Origin: Eledone cirrhosa
Lineage: Eukaryota
DNA: 64,000 nt
Reading direction: 5' to 3'
Assembly (NCBI GenBank): GCA_964016885.1
Contig: OZ024742.1
Coordinates: 171,740,001 to 171,804,000 of the forward strand
In this document: piece by piece, positions 1 through 13,431 of the stretch
Numbering within the stretch: the stretch's first letter is position 1
How the letters are laid out: every line of letters starts with the position of its first letter
Translations under genes and position numbers: made by a program
The notes under the pieces: generated by a model
Told to the model about the DNA's origin: nothing
Databases searched by the model: none
The model's input: only the letters and a program-made list of their open reading frames with translations

Positions 1-226
1 TCTTCGAATGATTTCCCTCTAATTCCACGCTATTTGAAACTATGCCACCAAATACGATAATTGTAGACAACGAGGCTTTTCTCTGTCTGCTCCGAAAGAT
101 TAGTTGCAGTGTTTTGATAAAACAATATATGATTTATTTAGTAAAAGAAATTTACACGCGATATATATGGACGTGTGACTGTGTCTGCTAGCGTGTATCT
201 GAGTTTATCTCTCCCTCTCTCTATCG

Positions 227-270
<44 letters not shown>

Positions 271-460
271 GTAGCTGATTGTATGTATGTATGTATGTAT
301 GTATGTATGTATGTATGTATGTATGTATGTATGTATGTATGTATGTATGTATGCATGCATGCATGCATGCATGCATGCATGTATGTATGTATGTATGTAT
401 GTATGTATGTATGTATGTATGTATGTATGCATTCATGTATGGGTGTGTGTGTGTATGTAT
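227..460. repeat. Compound microsatellite (TA)n/(TATG)n/(CATG)n, representative of dozens of (TA)n, (CA)n, (GA)n tracts across the window
   Basis: Directly visible; accounts for the YIYI/VCVC/SLSL pseudo-ORFs in the track. Confidence 0.99.
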
Positions 461-595
461 TTATGTGTATGCAAAACTAAATATATCTATATGAAAACAA
501 AGGTTAAAGTGTGAGACATGTGGTTTTGCAGACTATGATCAGGTTCTATATGTTTGTTTCTGAGTCTTTCACTCCTCTTTCTCTCTCTCCCTTCT

Positions 596-664
<69 letters not shown>

Positions 665-833
665 GTTCTTATATCTATGAAATCATCATCATACTTCGTA
701 ATTTGACCAAAGACGTCAACAAGCCTTAGCTTTGATTCTTTTCTACCAAACCCGGAAGCGTTTGGCGTGTTAATTTCAAACATATCATTAGTTTTCCTCG
801 ATATTCAGAATTTGGTGACATGGTTCACATATA

Positions 834-1882
834 TAGGATGACTAACAAAAAAAAAAATGGCCCCGCGAACATTTTGTGTCTCTGTATATACATTTTATAA
901 GCAATCAACCTTAAAGTTAAGTACATGGTAGATGCTGCGTCTGCAAAACCTGGGGAACCCCAATAGGAGCAGATCCAGGAAAACATTTCATGTTTTTTTG
1001 CAACGGAAAAATATCCCTTCAAAGCTAATATATAAAACTGGTGAAGACATTTGAGTTCTATGTAACAATGGAGAACATTCATCTAAACGACCCAGGAGGC
1101 GTACTCGGATAGTTATTGACATGAACGAGAGTCTGTTCAACAGAGCCCACACCGATCACCGCACAGAAGCCAATCCTTGTGTCTCTCCAGAGAAACTTGC
1201 AGAAGGGCTGTTAAAGTGGATCTTAAGAAGTAACCATACAGAATAAAGACTAATCAAAAGCTTATTGTAGCTGATATGACCAAGAGAAAGGCTATGGATG
1301 AGAACTTGCTGGAGAAGATATCAGACAACCCAAATTTTCTGAATCTGCTGTGGACCACCGATGCAGCACACTTTCACTTAGAATAGGGGATCACCATCTC
1401 TAAAGCTAATGTGTTTCGTGAGTCAGAGATACACACTGAACTGGCTGGGAAACCCCTTGCGTACATGTACGGTTATTGGAAGCTGTGTGATCAGTTCGAA
1501 GACATTTTGTGTAGTCCTCACATAGCCATGATTTAAGCCACACAGACATCTTTCTTTTGGACTTTGTGCAGAATAGGGTATATGCTAACACGCCCAGAAT
1601 TATCACTAAACTATAAGAAAACATCAGGGAGGAGATCAGAGCCATTCCTAGGTCTGTTTGTAAAGACATCCTAAACTTCACTGTGCGCCTCAAAGAATGC
1701 ATGGATTCAAATGAGAATAACCTGGAACATCTGCGGTAACTTTGGTCAGAAACATCAAAAGATAATGAGTTCTATTGTTTTTAATTTTTTGAACTAAAAT
1801 TCAGGGTTTCATCAGTTTGGGCCAAAGACATGAATACTGTAGGAGAACATAAAATGGGGCCAGTTTTTGTTGAGTCACCCTG
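834..1882 (+). mobile_element. Decayed Tc1/mariner DNA transposon (~1.05 kb) with transposase pseudogene
   Basis: Imperfect TIRs TAGGATGACTAACAAAA..ATGGCCCC (834-864) and GGGGCCAGTTTTTGTTGAGTCACCCTG (1856-1882), flanked by TA. Translated remnants: ESVQQSPHRS..PYRIKTNQKL..NLLWTTDAAHFHL (SDEAHFHL-like) and SHDLSHTDIFLLDFVQNRVYANTP (SPDLNPxDFFLW-like), with stops. Confidence 0.85.
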
Positions 1883-2371
1883 TATATATGTATGAATATA
1901 CATAATGGTATATTTGATTACTGCATGGGGAAAATATTTGTGTGATGTGTAGAACAGCTGCTCTACAGGCTGATATACACAACGGTAGAAATGGGACTTC
2001 AACAATTGACTTTAATGTTTTGATAAGAAATTGTACATTATAAAGCTTGTATTATTATCTGTCACTTTCTCACTCTCAACATACATTTCAACACAGATAC
2101 AGAGCGGTTTATGCACGTGTGCGTTGAGCTAACAAGGAAAACCATTACGCGAGACAATACAATATTATAAGGATATTTAGAAGTTTACATTTGATATAGT
2201 TGATATTGTAGAAAATGAATCTAATGTTGTGGAGGCTAGTGCTTCATAGAAGGATAGATTGGGGGAGACAAGAAATAGAAAACTATACGAGAGTAAAGCA
2301 GTCGAAAAACAATTTCAGGAGGTCATTACATTTGTAGTTAGTTACACGTTTTGGAAAATTGTATATATATA

Positions 2372-2467
<96 letters not shown>

Positions 2468-2491
2468 AAAATAACAAACCCTCCATCTCAA

Positions 2492-2535
2492 TTCTACTTT
2501 AGAAAAGCACGAGAAGTGCGAAACCGGTAAAGGAA
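2492..2535 (+). ncRNA. Decayed hammerhead-like motif in a TA-embedded insert
   Basis: GCAC-GAGAA-GTGC stem II, then GAAA-CCGG-TA (palindromic ACCGGT); the CUGANGA box is degenerate (TAGAAAA). Confidence 0.4.
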
Positions 2536-2636
2536 CCAAATAAAGATATATAAAAAAAAAATGCTCCAGTTTCATTTTCGATTTCATCTTTTTTCCTTAT
2601 ATTTACAAATATATATATATATAGTTTTCCAAAACG

Positions 2637-2735
<99 letters not shown>

Positions 2736-2859
2736 GCAGGTGATTTTTATTGTAGCACAATAAAGCAATGCAAATATCGGATAAGTGCCACTCTACAGTT
2801 TGTAGGACTGGAGTATAAATAATATAAGATCAAAAGATGGTTAAAAGAGTTCTAAGTAT

Positions 2860-2924
2860 TTTATTATGCGCATTTCAAAAACAAATATCATCATGAGATG
2901 ATATCTGCGTTTTCATCAGATAAA
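2860..2924 (-). ncRNA. Type I hammerhead ribozyme motif in TA-embedded insert 2732-3098
   Basis: Minus strand: TTTAT-CTGATGA-AAACGCAGATATCAT..ATGATATTTGTTTTT-GAAA-TGCGCA-TA-ATAAA. Stem I TTTAT/ATAAA, long stem II, palindromic stem III ATGCGCAT. Confidence 0.8.
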
Positions 2925-3540
2925 GTAGGGATGCATGATATGAAGTTTAAAAAACACTTGTGAATAGTGAAGTTTGATTCTGGCGATTTCCTCACGGTAT
3001 GATGCAAATATTTATGTAAAATTCATCTCCCAATGAGGCTAATCAATACCCTTTGTTCTGTAAGGGAACAACACCTTACTCTCTCTCTGTCACCTGGTAT
3101 ATATATGTATATATGTATATATATATATATATGTGTATGCATTGAAATGATGAGGTTTCGCTTACAGGTAGTAGAATGTTATTGCGTATCGACCCGTGTT
3201 TGGCAGAGGATTGGCACAAGGTCATCCATACTATCGATCAACTCTACAGAATGGCAATGCGACAAACACTATACTTTTCTCTCGCACACACACACATGCA
3301 CACACACACACATACACACACACAGACACACACATATATATATACTCACTGTATAGTATGCAATGACAAAGAATGGGCCTTATTTAATAATCTCCAATAA
3401 TAAACTATTTAACTCACGTACACTAGGGATGTTATCACCTTTCTCAGTATTCTTTGAAGAACTGGCCTCCTTAATATTCATTTATTTGTTTCCCTAAAAA
3501 ATCATTCTTAATCTATCAATTTATATTTAGCCCCCTCATA

Positions 3541-3726
3541 ATTATTTCTACTTTAGGCACAAGGCCAGCAATTACCCAGTGCATTACTGGTACTTTATTT
3601 TATCGACCCTGTAAGGATGAAAGGCAAAGTCAACTTCGGCGGGATTTGAACTCAGATCGTAAAGGGACGTAACTATGCTGGAAAGCATGGCGTCCGACCC
3701 TCTACCGATACTGCCAATCCACCGCC
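3541..3726 (-). mobile_element. tRNA-derived SINE, family 1 (short variant)
   Basis: Minus strand A-box TGGCAGTATCGG, B-box GAGTTCAAATCC, core GCCTTTCATCC..GGGTCGATAAAATAAAGTACCAG; TSD-like CCTCATAAT on both sides. Confidence 0.93.
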
Positions 3727-4726
3727 TCCTCATAATATTAGCTAATTTACCGCTTCTTCGCGTTTTTTTCTGACTAATTTTTACCCCTAGATCAACCAGA
3801 TTATTTGCCATTCATTTGTTCGTTCTTTTCCTATTGATCTGTATTTTCTATTTTTGAGTAAATATTTTCTGGTATGTTTTTTATCGGCACAGCGCAATAA
3901 GTTGCTCCTCGGGGCTAACGAAACGACATACCGGTTATGGTCTCGATGAAATAACTGGCCTCAATAATTATATATATATATATATATATAGTAATAATAA
4001 TAAATTTGAAGACATATATACATATATACACATATAGTAATAATAATAAATTTGAAGACATATATACATATATACACATATATATAGATACACATATACA
4101 TATTTGTATATACACACACACACTCACACACACACAGTCACACACACGCACACGCACACGCTCGCGCGCGCACACATACACACACATATATATATATAAT
4201 TATATATATATTTATATATATATAAATATATAAAGATAGGAGAATGAGAAGAACGGAGATAAACTAAGATCCAATTATAAGCTCATATATGAGATTAACG
4301 TTAAATAGAAGGATAGTAGACAGGAGATTCATCTTAGCACATATTCTCTGTACATTTTGCATACATTTAAATATCAATGTATATCTATGTCTGTGTGTTT
4401 TTCATATATTCCTCTGATGGTATGAATTACACATGAACCTACAATTATAGCTGTATACACACTTAAATATTGTTTTCTAAACTGATATACTCTACACAAT
4501 TATATATTTACAGAACATACATTAATATATCGAATAAGCACGTAAAATCGAGCTCAGAACATTTTGTCGGAAGGCTATATGCATATTAAATATGAAATAA
4601 ATATATATATATATATGTACCATATTAAATGTACCATATTATATATATATATGTGTGTGTGTATGTATATATATATATACATACACACACAGACACACAC
4701 GCGCCCCCATACACATACACACCCAC

Positions 4727-4778
<52 letters not shown>

Positions 4779-5487
4779 AGAGAGAGAGAGAGATTTATAT
4801 ATATACATATGAAAGAAAACTCTGTTTATTTTATTGACGCCATATTTCCTTGTTTTATTTTACGTAAAAAATTCCAATATGGTAAATTACAAACATATCA
4901 CTGGTGGGTACAAACAAAACAAAATAAACGATATATAATCATTATAAATATCACCATAAAAGACAAAAATAACACCGTGTTCGTGATGTCAATGACCGCA
5001 ATAATGATAAAAGTGTTTTATGCAGAAATACATAGAGTTAACTTTCTCCACCTCTCTCTCTTCCTTCAAGTTTTATATTTTTCTTTCCTAATTTTTCTCT
5101 CAGAAGCGACTTAGAAAAGAAATGCCTACTACTCAAAATATATCTCTCAATAATGTGGAGAAATTACCCCTAATATCATGATCTAGAATAGAAATGATCC
5201 AAATGTGGAACATAAAACAACTGGATAATAGCCGCCCTGAGAATGATAAAACAAAAACATATGGATACATAAAGAAAACCCTAGAAATTTCAAATAAATG
5301 CGACATAGAGAATATGGCGCTACTAGACATTGCAAAAATAATACAAAGATTATTATCAATACAATATACAAAGCAATACCAAAACAAATCCGCAGATAAC
5401 GAAGAAACACATAACTGCACTCCTTAAAGTAGTGACAGCACGAAATGTACATAGGATTAAAGAAGATGATGATGATAATAACAATGA

Positions 5488-5812
5488 TTCAAGGCCAGCA
5501 AGTTGAGGGGAGGGGAAATTCGATTTAACCGACCCCAGTGCATTACTGGTAATCTATTTTATCGACCGCGTAGGAATGAATGGATGATGATAATAATGGA
5601 TTCTGATATAGGCACAAGGCCAGCAATTTGCGGGGAGGGGAAAGTCGATTAAATCGACCCCAGTACGCTACTAGTGCTTTATTTTATCTACCCCGTAAGG
5701 ATGAAAGGCAAAGTTAGCCTCGGTGGGATTTTAACTCAGACCTTAAAGGGCCGCACCTCTATGCTACAAAGCATGGCGTCCGACCTTCTACCGATACTGC
5801 CAACCCACACGC
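5488..5812 (-). mobile_element. Two SINE family 1 copies (long variant; first is partial)
   Basis: Same core, plus an extra GGGGAGGGGAAAGTCGATTAAATCGACC segment. Confidence 0.9.
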
Positions 5813-5959
5813 ATTAAGGATAATGATAATAATTTTTAATGATATAAAACGGAACAGAGGGAATTGAAGAAGTTTTTATCAGGGACATCTAAAATGATGA
5901 CTGGCAATATGGATCGATTGCCATGTTTCATGTGTATTATGGGACTGAGAGAACAAGAC

Positions 5960-6110
5960 ATATTGCTGAATGTCGCAAGATTAAACATCAGTTAAGTGAA
6001 CTGGGGAAACAAGAAATGGATTGTCATGCTCATGGATAAAACGCACTAAAGCTCATCAGGAATTCCAACACATTGATATAGGATGATGTGGCCAAAGAAA
6101 CTGATCAATA
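5960..6110 (+). pseudogene. Possible RNase H remnant of a retroelement
   Basis: Frameshifted WIK..KAH/GIP../DDVAKE resembles the RNase H motif WxKAHxGIxGNExADxLAK; heavily decayed. Confidence 0.3.
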
Positions 6111-6428
6111 TGTTAACTGCCCCACGTTTCGTAACATAGTAAACTCTACTAAGTCTGCCATGGCAGAGGTAGGAATGTTCAACCAAGTGAAGCATTAAAT
6201 CTATGAATTCTAATAAATGGATGAAATTTATCTAATATTTTAATAGTTTCAGTTGGTAGAATACGGTCATGTTCGAAGTCCACCTCACTCGATCATATCA
6301 AGCGCTGCTAATATATTTTCCATATATCATTATCCATCATGGTCAGTTACGTGATATAAAGAAACACAGGCATGGAGATGTGCACACACACTCACATACA
6401 TATATAATTACGTATAAATATATATATA

Positions 6429-6516
<88 letters not shown>

Positions 6517-6540
6517 ATATATATATATATTTATTTATTA

Positions 6541-6590
<50 letters not shown>

Positions 6591-6643
6591 ATATATATAT
6601 ATATTTATTTATTAATATATATATATATATTCATATATATATG

Positions 6644-6887
6644 TGTTAGGTAATTCCGAAGAGGAAGAAAAAGCGAAGGAAAGAAGAGTGCTCTATATAT
6701 AGAACAGAGCTATTTAAATACTCCATTACCAAATGTTTCAGGACCCTAGACATTATTAATATACGTCTAGAGCGTTCATCAGACAGAGGGGTTAACATCT
6801 GATGAACGATCTAGACGTATATTAATATTGTCTAGGGTCCTGAAACCTTTGGTAATGGAGTAGATATATATTGTGTTGAAAACTTTC

Positions 6888-6890
<3 letters not shown>
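6644..6890 (-). mobile_element. TA-embedded PLE-type 3' module with head-to-head hammerhead inversion
   Basis: Inverted arms 6719-6783 and 6798-6862. Minus-strand HHR: CTCTGT-CTGATGA-(stem II CTAGAC../..GTCTAG)-GAAA-CATTTGG-TA-ATGGAG. The plus arm repeats CTGATGA..GAAACCTTTGGTA. Confidence 0.8.
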
Positions 6891-6933
<43 letters not shown>

Positions 6934-7440
6934 TATATATTTATATATATATTTATATATATATATTTATTTATTAATATCTATATATATTCATATATAT
7001 ATATATATATATAAATTCGGAATTCCACACACAGTAAGTCTATTAAATTTCACTGAATAATTCTTAGTTAACTAGAGGTCATAGTAGGAAAGACTTACAG
7101 TTCTGAAACCAACACCATATGTGTGCAAAGCGAATTCCTTACATACACGGCTATAACTGACCGTATATATTTATAAAGAATTTCTAAATTACTGTTAGTT
7201 TATTAAAATAAAATACTCTACGATTTTCGCTTACTATATAGAACTAATATATACGATATCTATTGGGTAGTACCTGAATTAAATCAGTTGCAATGGAAAT
7301 TGATTTATTTTTATAAAATATCTGTCTTCCAGCACTTATATAATGTTGACGTAGAATTGCAAATTCAAGAAAAAACACCCCCAATCATTTTCATTAATTT
7401 TCCCATCTTAATAAGATGTACTGAGCTATTGAGTCAACAC

Positions 7441-7600
7441 ATTTACGTCACTGTGTATGACATTCTCTCCTGTCCCTATCAACACGCGTAAATGTGTTAA
7501 TAGTGGTTTTAAACTGTCTTATTTACGTCACAGCATATGACATTCTCTCCTTCCGTTTTTATCAGGCGTAAATTTGTTCATAGAGTTTTAAAACTGTAAT
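7441..7600. repeat. Imperfect ~80-bp tandem duplication
   Basis: ATTTACGTCAC..ATGACATTCTCTCCT..GCGTAAAT..TTTTAAACTGT occurs twice. Confidence 0.8.
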
Positions 7601-8090
7601 TATATTTACTAAACTCTTCACACTCCTCAATGGAATGTAGGAAACTTCTAACGGAAATTATAGGTGCACCCCACGGCTAGATCTGTCAACTTTTAGAATG
7701 TATAGGTACTGATAAGGTTAATAATCACTTTATATATTTAAATTATATTCTATCAAGAAGAAGTCTTACAAAACCATTTCTATTTTCTTGTGGAGAATTT
7801 ACAGAATGTGTATGGCCCAATTTGTTTCAATTTAAATCTTACTTTTCTGTGAGAGAAGAAATTTTGAAAGTGAACTTTTAAAAACCCTCCAGCTATGAAC
7901 TAGAGTCTACGAAATGATTCAACAATCGATACATTCAAATGCATTACAGATCTCCATATTTTTCACTTTTATTATATTTGATTATTTTGCCTTTTTGTCT
8001 CGTTATCTCTCTTAATTTTTCTCCTTAATTATGATAGACATTCGACGCATTTCAATATATTTACCAGTTTCATATGCACATTCAAATATA

Positions 8091-8282
8091 TTAACCCTCT
8101 TATATCTGGCGAGAAAGGTTCTTAAATTTAGCCACCCCTGACTCGTGGGTTTCTTTGGCACAGCATTTGAAAGGGAGCAGATATTTCCCTTAAATTTGGT
8201 GATTTCTCCTAAATGTTACCCTTTTAAATATTGAACTTATTTTGAAAATAAATTTCCTAAAACGCCCGGGTATTATAGGGTA
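8091..8282. mobile_element. Possible old piggyBac-like MITE
   Basis: TTAACCCTCTTATATCTGGCG at left versus CGCCCGGGTATTATAGGGT at right; degenerate TIRs. Confidence 0.3.
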
Positions 8283-8659
8283 TGTAAATAATAAAATGCA
8301 ACACCATCATACTAACAAGTACTCACATATGCAAGATCAAAAGAAAAGGATATATATTATATACTTGTAATACTTTTTTCTGTTTCCATTTTGTCACGCC
8401 ACGAGGAATGAAGAACGAAGGTATTGTTGTTGTCATCGATGTTGTTGTTGTTGTTGTTGTTGTTGTTATCACATGTCGTTGGCACAGCACTTCATCTCTG
8501 TCTCACTGATCATCGAACATTCTAGAATCTGTCCAATGAAAATCAATGAGGCACAGCAGATGTACAGACACCGCCGAAAAATAGCGTTTTGTTTTATTTC
8601 TCATCTTCACAAAATATCTTTCTTAAAAGTATTAACAGCGGCCAGAAATACTCACTTCC

Positions 8660-9570
8660 AGTACGATCATCGCCATTATCAAGAGCATCATCATCATCAA
8701 CATAATCGCATGCCTGCTATCCTCACTGTTATTGTATTTTGCTTTTCATACTTTTGCTCATCCTCATATATTTCCATGAATACCATTAATGTAAATAAAC
8801 ATCACCCTCGACATTGTCATTATCATCGCATCAGCAACATAACCACATCATCCTCACATCACGTGGAGCAGCATCAACATCACCACCACCCTCACCACAT
8901 CATCACCATCATCATCGTCGTCCTCGTAACATTAACGTAATCATCATCAACATTATCATAAACATATCATAATGATCATAGCCACCACCCACACCACACT
9001 ACACCACACCGCCATCGTCATCATCATAAGCGACAGCGTAATAATCAACTTCATCACCACCGTTACCACATCATCATTATCATCGTCCTCGTAACGCTAA
9101 CATAATCCTCATCAACATTATCATAAACATATCGTAATGATCATAGCTAACATCATCACCATAACATCACCATCATCATAAACATCAGCGTAAGAATCAA
9201 CATCACCACTACCCTCTCCACATCATCATCACCAATATCATAACCACTATGGGAATAATCATCATCATCATCAATCTTATCGCTACCCTCATCATATCAT
9301 CATAGGCATCATCATCACCACAAAAGTCCAATATCATCAGCCTTACCATTACTATCACCCCATCTCCATATTATCAATAGCTACATCATTATCACAAATA
9401 CTATCATCACATCATAATCACCATCACCACCACCAACATCCTCACCAAATCATTATGCTTATCTACATATTATTCTTTGTTATCGCCATTATCTACACCA
9501 CCAACACCCCCACGACCACTGGTTATGACCATAAACATCCCTACCATCAGCACAACCATCATTTACCGAA
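8660..9570. repeat. Degenerate (CAT/CAC)n low-complexity tract with an internal ~170-bp duplication
   Basis: CATCGTCCTCGTAAC..CAACATTATCATAAACATATC..TAATGATCATAGC occurs twice (~8915 and ~9081); frequent stops. Confidence 0.85.
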
Positions 9571-9723
9571 AGTAACACAATCCCCAGTGACTCCATTAAA
9601 AGTGTATAATTGTTTCCAGCGCCACTTTCCCCTGTGTTGAAAGCTCGATCATCATTAACAGTCCTGGCATAAATGAATTCACCATCGCTGTCAAAGTCAA
9701 CATCACGACCATGAATACCAACA

Positions 9724-9774
<51 letters not shown>

Positions 9775-9807
9775 TTATATGTGAGTATATATATATATAT
9801 ATATATA

Positions 9808-10058
9808 TTGAGTATATGTTGGTTGTTTACCGACAGCTCAGTATACAGATTGGAGCACTCGACTAGTACGCAGGTTGGTCTGTTTACTCCGGAGTAATGT
9901 AAAATAATTAAGTCAAATATGTAAAATTTGGCTTCGTTTATTATAAATTATAGATATACTGCTATATATATTTCGGTCACAACCATCATTCGGACTGCCT
10001 GAAGAGGTCACAGTCAATGATGGCTGTCTCCGAAATATATATAGCAGTATATCTATAA
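9808..10058 (+). mobile_element. TA-embedded hammerhead element with inverted arm; right arm resumes at 12176-12223
   Basis: HHR 9994-10048: ACTGC-CTGAAGA-GGTCACAGTCA ATGA TGGCTGTCTCC-GAAA-TATATA-TA-GCAGT. Left arm 9901-9990 is the reverse complement of 10016-10058 plus 12176-12223. Confidence 0.85.
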
Positions 10059-12175
10059 TCTCCTTATAATATATAACCAGCAATTTCTCTGTCTGTCTGT
10101 CCGACAGTGGAAACACGTGCGCGCGTGGTTGCTATCTCTCTCTCTCTCCAGCTATCCCTCTCTTTTAGTCTGTCTGTTTCTCTCACTCTCACTCTTTCTC
10201 TTTGTAACACACTAACATTCCTCCCATCTATCGCTGTGACGAATGGGGAGATGGAGTAGGAGGAGGAGGAGAGAGTCACTTCGTCACTCCACCTCTGCCT
10301 TTCTTTCTCTCCCCTCTCACCCCCTCATTACGTACATACATTAGGGCGGTGGATTGGCAGAATCTGTAGAGAGTCGGACACCATGCTTTATAGCATGGAG
10401 TTACGTCCCTTTACGGTCTGAGTTCAAATACCGCCGTGGTTAACTTTGCCTTTCATCCTCGCGGGGTCGATAAAATAAAGTACCAGTAATGTACTGGGTA
10501 ATTGCTGGCCTTGTGCCAAAAGTAGAAACAATTATTAGAAACATTGCTTCATTTTTACATACTAAGCATTAGTAAAATAACTAATAATTTCAAAAGTAAT
10601 TTTTCAATTCCAATTGTTATGAACAGCAAAACATTAATAATAATTTTGTTCTAAGAAATGTAAATACATTTCTGTGTGTGTAATATATACGCACATAAAT
10701 ATATATACATTTCTGTGTGTGTAATATATATATATATACACACACACAGAAATATATATACACACAGAAATATATATACATTTCTGTGTGTGTAATATAT
10801 ATATATATATATACACACACAGAAATATATGGGCATTGCTCTGTTTGTCTATCTGTCTGTCCTTCCCTGAAACTCAAATGTTGGTGCTACAGAAATATTT
10901 CCTTCCCCTTCCTTTCTCCACGTTGGTACTACCAAGAGAAACACTGTCGCTATAGAAACATTACCTTCCCCTCTCCACTGACTTTGGTCACTGAGGCCGA
11001 GGGAATCGCTGGTTGCTATAGAGACACCTTGCACAAGCCAGAAGTAACCAGTTCGAGGCGGTTCTGACTTGTCACCATGCCAAGTCTACTTATAATATAT
11101 AATGGGCATTTCTCTGTTTGTTTGTCTGTCTGTCCGTCTGTAAAAAATGCCAAGGAAACAAATAGACGCGGTTTCAAATCTCTATGCTTTTCAAATTCAT
11201 TACATTAATATTTATTTATACGTTTCGCTTTACGAGTGTTTCGACTTACGAGTGTTTCGGCTTATCATTATATATAAACGTTTCTATTTCCATCGTTTTA
11301 TCGCAAACGTTTATATATTTTCATCGTTATATCATAACGTTTATGTATCATAACGTTTATATTTCCGTCACTAATCTCTTTTTCTCCTTTTTCGTTTTAA
11401 CATATATTTATTTCAAAGATTTCACTGTACAGATAACATATATATTTATACATGCATAAAAGACACACCGAGAGACGGTGAACATGTGGTACCGAAAACA
11501 TTTCTCATCCAAATCTCAACAATATCAGTATATACACTAGATTTGCTAGCAGAAAACCGCCCACCGGGTGGTTTTCTGCTAGTCTATATATATAAAACTG
11601 AGGATGTCTCTGTGCGTGTGTGTGTGAGTTTGAATCCCTAAAACTAGAGAAGCACCGAACCGACTGTTTGCAAACTTTACACATGTAATACTTATGTTTC
11701 AGGGAGTATTCTGAGTAAAAACAATTTCAAATTTTCAATGCCCTAGGGAACACATTAGGCGATTTAGCGATCTCTCTCTATAATTCTTAGTCTTTCTCTT
11801 TTTAGATAGATACATACATATAACGTCGCGCCCTTATAATATCTGTCTGTATGTCTGGCTGTCTGCATTACGTCACTTTTTACAATTCGCTCTATGACCA
11901 GAACGGGCCCTTATAATATCTGTCTGTATGTCTGGTGTCTGCTGCCCCCGGTTATTTTGCCACCCTTGCTCAAGACAAATCTCACACTCATTCCCTAAAC
12001 AGATGGTAAGTGCACACAACTTCTTCCTCACGTTTTAAGCCACAGTGTTGCTTACTTACGTACCACCAGACCCTTACTTCTTTGCCAGCCGTGGTTGTGG
12101 CAATACTAAGCTTAGCTAAGGCGGTTATATATTTCACAATACCTTATGCCGTGCAACGCCGGGTACCACTGCTTG
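10059..12175 (+). mobile_element. Composite non-autonomous Helitron insertion
   Basis: Inserted between A and T with no TSD; starts TC, ends CCGTGCAACGCCGGG..TGCTTG (CTAG variant). Internal CTAG|TC junction at 11582/11583; repeated TTATAATAT..TCTGTCTGT 5'-type modules at 10059, 11085, 11832, 11909; internal minisatellites. Confidence 0.8.
10344..10535 (+). mobile_element. SINE family 1, the only plus-strand copy, inside the Helitron composite
   Basis: GGCGGTGGATTGGCAGAATC..GAGTTCAAATACC..GCCTTTCATCC..AGTAGAAACAATTATT. Confidence 0.93.
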
Positions 12176-12654
12176 TTTATAATAAACGAAGCCAAATTTT
12201 ACATATTTGACTTAATTATTTTATATATATATATATGTATATATTCGTTTTGCTCTCTACGTTTATAGTGGTTTCAGTCTTTAGCGTGCGCCCTTACTGG
12301 CAGGCTGTATTTCTTGGTCGATAACAGTGTGGTGTTCATGCACTGATTGGTTTCATGAATGAATATGGCACACCAATATCCTGAAACGCAGGAAGTCACC
12401 TCGTAACCGTAGTGCCAATACCTACGTTTATGCCATATAAAGAGACAATATAATATTACAGTAGATGTACTCATATGATATGTATAAAACGACGTGTATT
12501 TGTTAAATTTACAATGTATATATAGTTCCATTGGGCTGCTCACGATCCACTCTGGTGGAATCAACCACATATCATTGGCGGCATATGTAAATAGGTTTTG
12601 TTTTATCTATCAATCTATCAGACCCACAGACCCCCACACACACATATATATGTC

Positions 12655-12763
<109 letters not shown>

Positions 12764-13040
12764 GTATATGTATATATGTACCCATGTCATTTTGTATGTG
12801 TTTTTATAATATATGCTTTGAATAAATGCCACTGGTCTTCCACATTTATCACCCAAGAGAAATATAATGTAGGAATTGAAATAATATTATTCGTTGCGAA
12901 AAAATGAATAGTTGTCGGTTGCCAATTTTTCAGAATGTATGCCAAATTTTGAAAGAATGGTGAAAAAAACGATCGTATTTTGAAGTGATTCGGTTACAAA
13001 GAATGATAAATGAGGTTTATTTTAAAGACAGGTCGCAGAA

Positions 13041-13355
13041 AACACCTCATGTCAAAGATGTTGTGATGTGAAAGAATTTCATACTTTGTTCTAATTATAA
13101 CTCGATAGCGATTTAAAAAAAAAGATCTCGGAAAAATGATCGTCTTATCGAACGAAGGAAAATGTTTTCATCGGTCCTTTCATTGCTGATACTAGCTGCA
13201 AGTCTCAACTCCTGGCAGATGTATATATGAAAACATTTTCCTTGGTTCGATTAGACGATAATTTTTTCTAGAACTTTTATTAAAAATCGCTATCGAGTTA
13301 TAATTAGAACAAAGGATGAAATTCTTTCACATCACAAGATCTTTGACATGAGGTG

Positions 13356-13357
<2 letters not shown>
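13041..13357. repeat. Foldback/MITE-like long inverted repeat (~130-bp arms, ~55-bp spacer)
   Basis: AACACCTCATGTCAAAGAT..GGAAAATGTTTTCAT (13041-13171) versus ATGAAAACATTTTCC..ATCTTTGACATGAGGTGTT (13227-13357). Confidence 0.9.
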
Positions 13358-13427
<70 letters not shown>

Positions 13428-13431
13428 GGGA

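Noticed and set aside
3150-3270. Possible plus-strand exon after TTACAG (MLLRIDPCLAEDW..)
   Set aside because: No convincing donor before the (CA)n tract; unsupported.
3905-3965. CTAACGA..GAAA possible decayed HHR
   Set aside because: Core is mutated and stems are unconvincing.
8473-9640. His-rich ORFs suggesting a metal-binding or beak-type protein
   Set aside because: Degenerate (CAT)n repeat with frequent stops and no splice or signal-peptide evidence.
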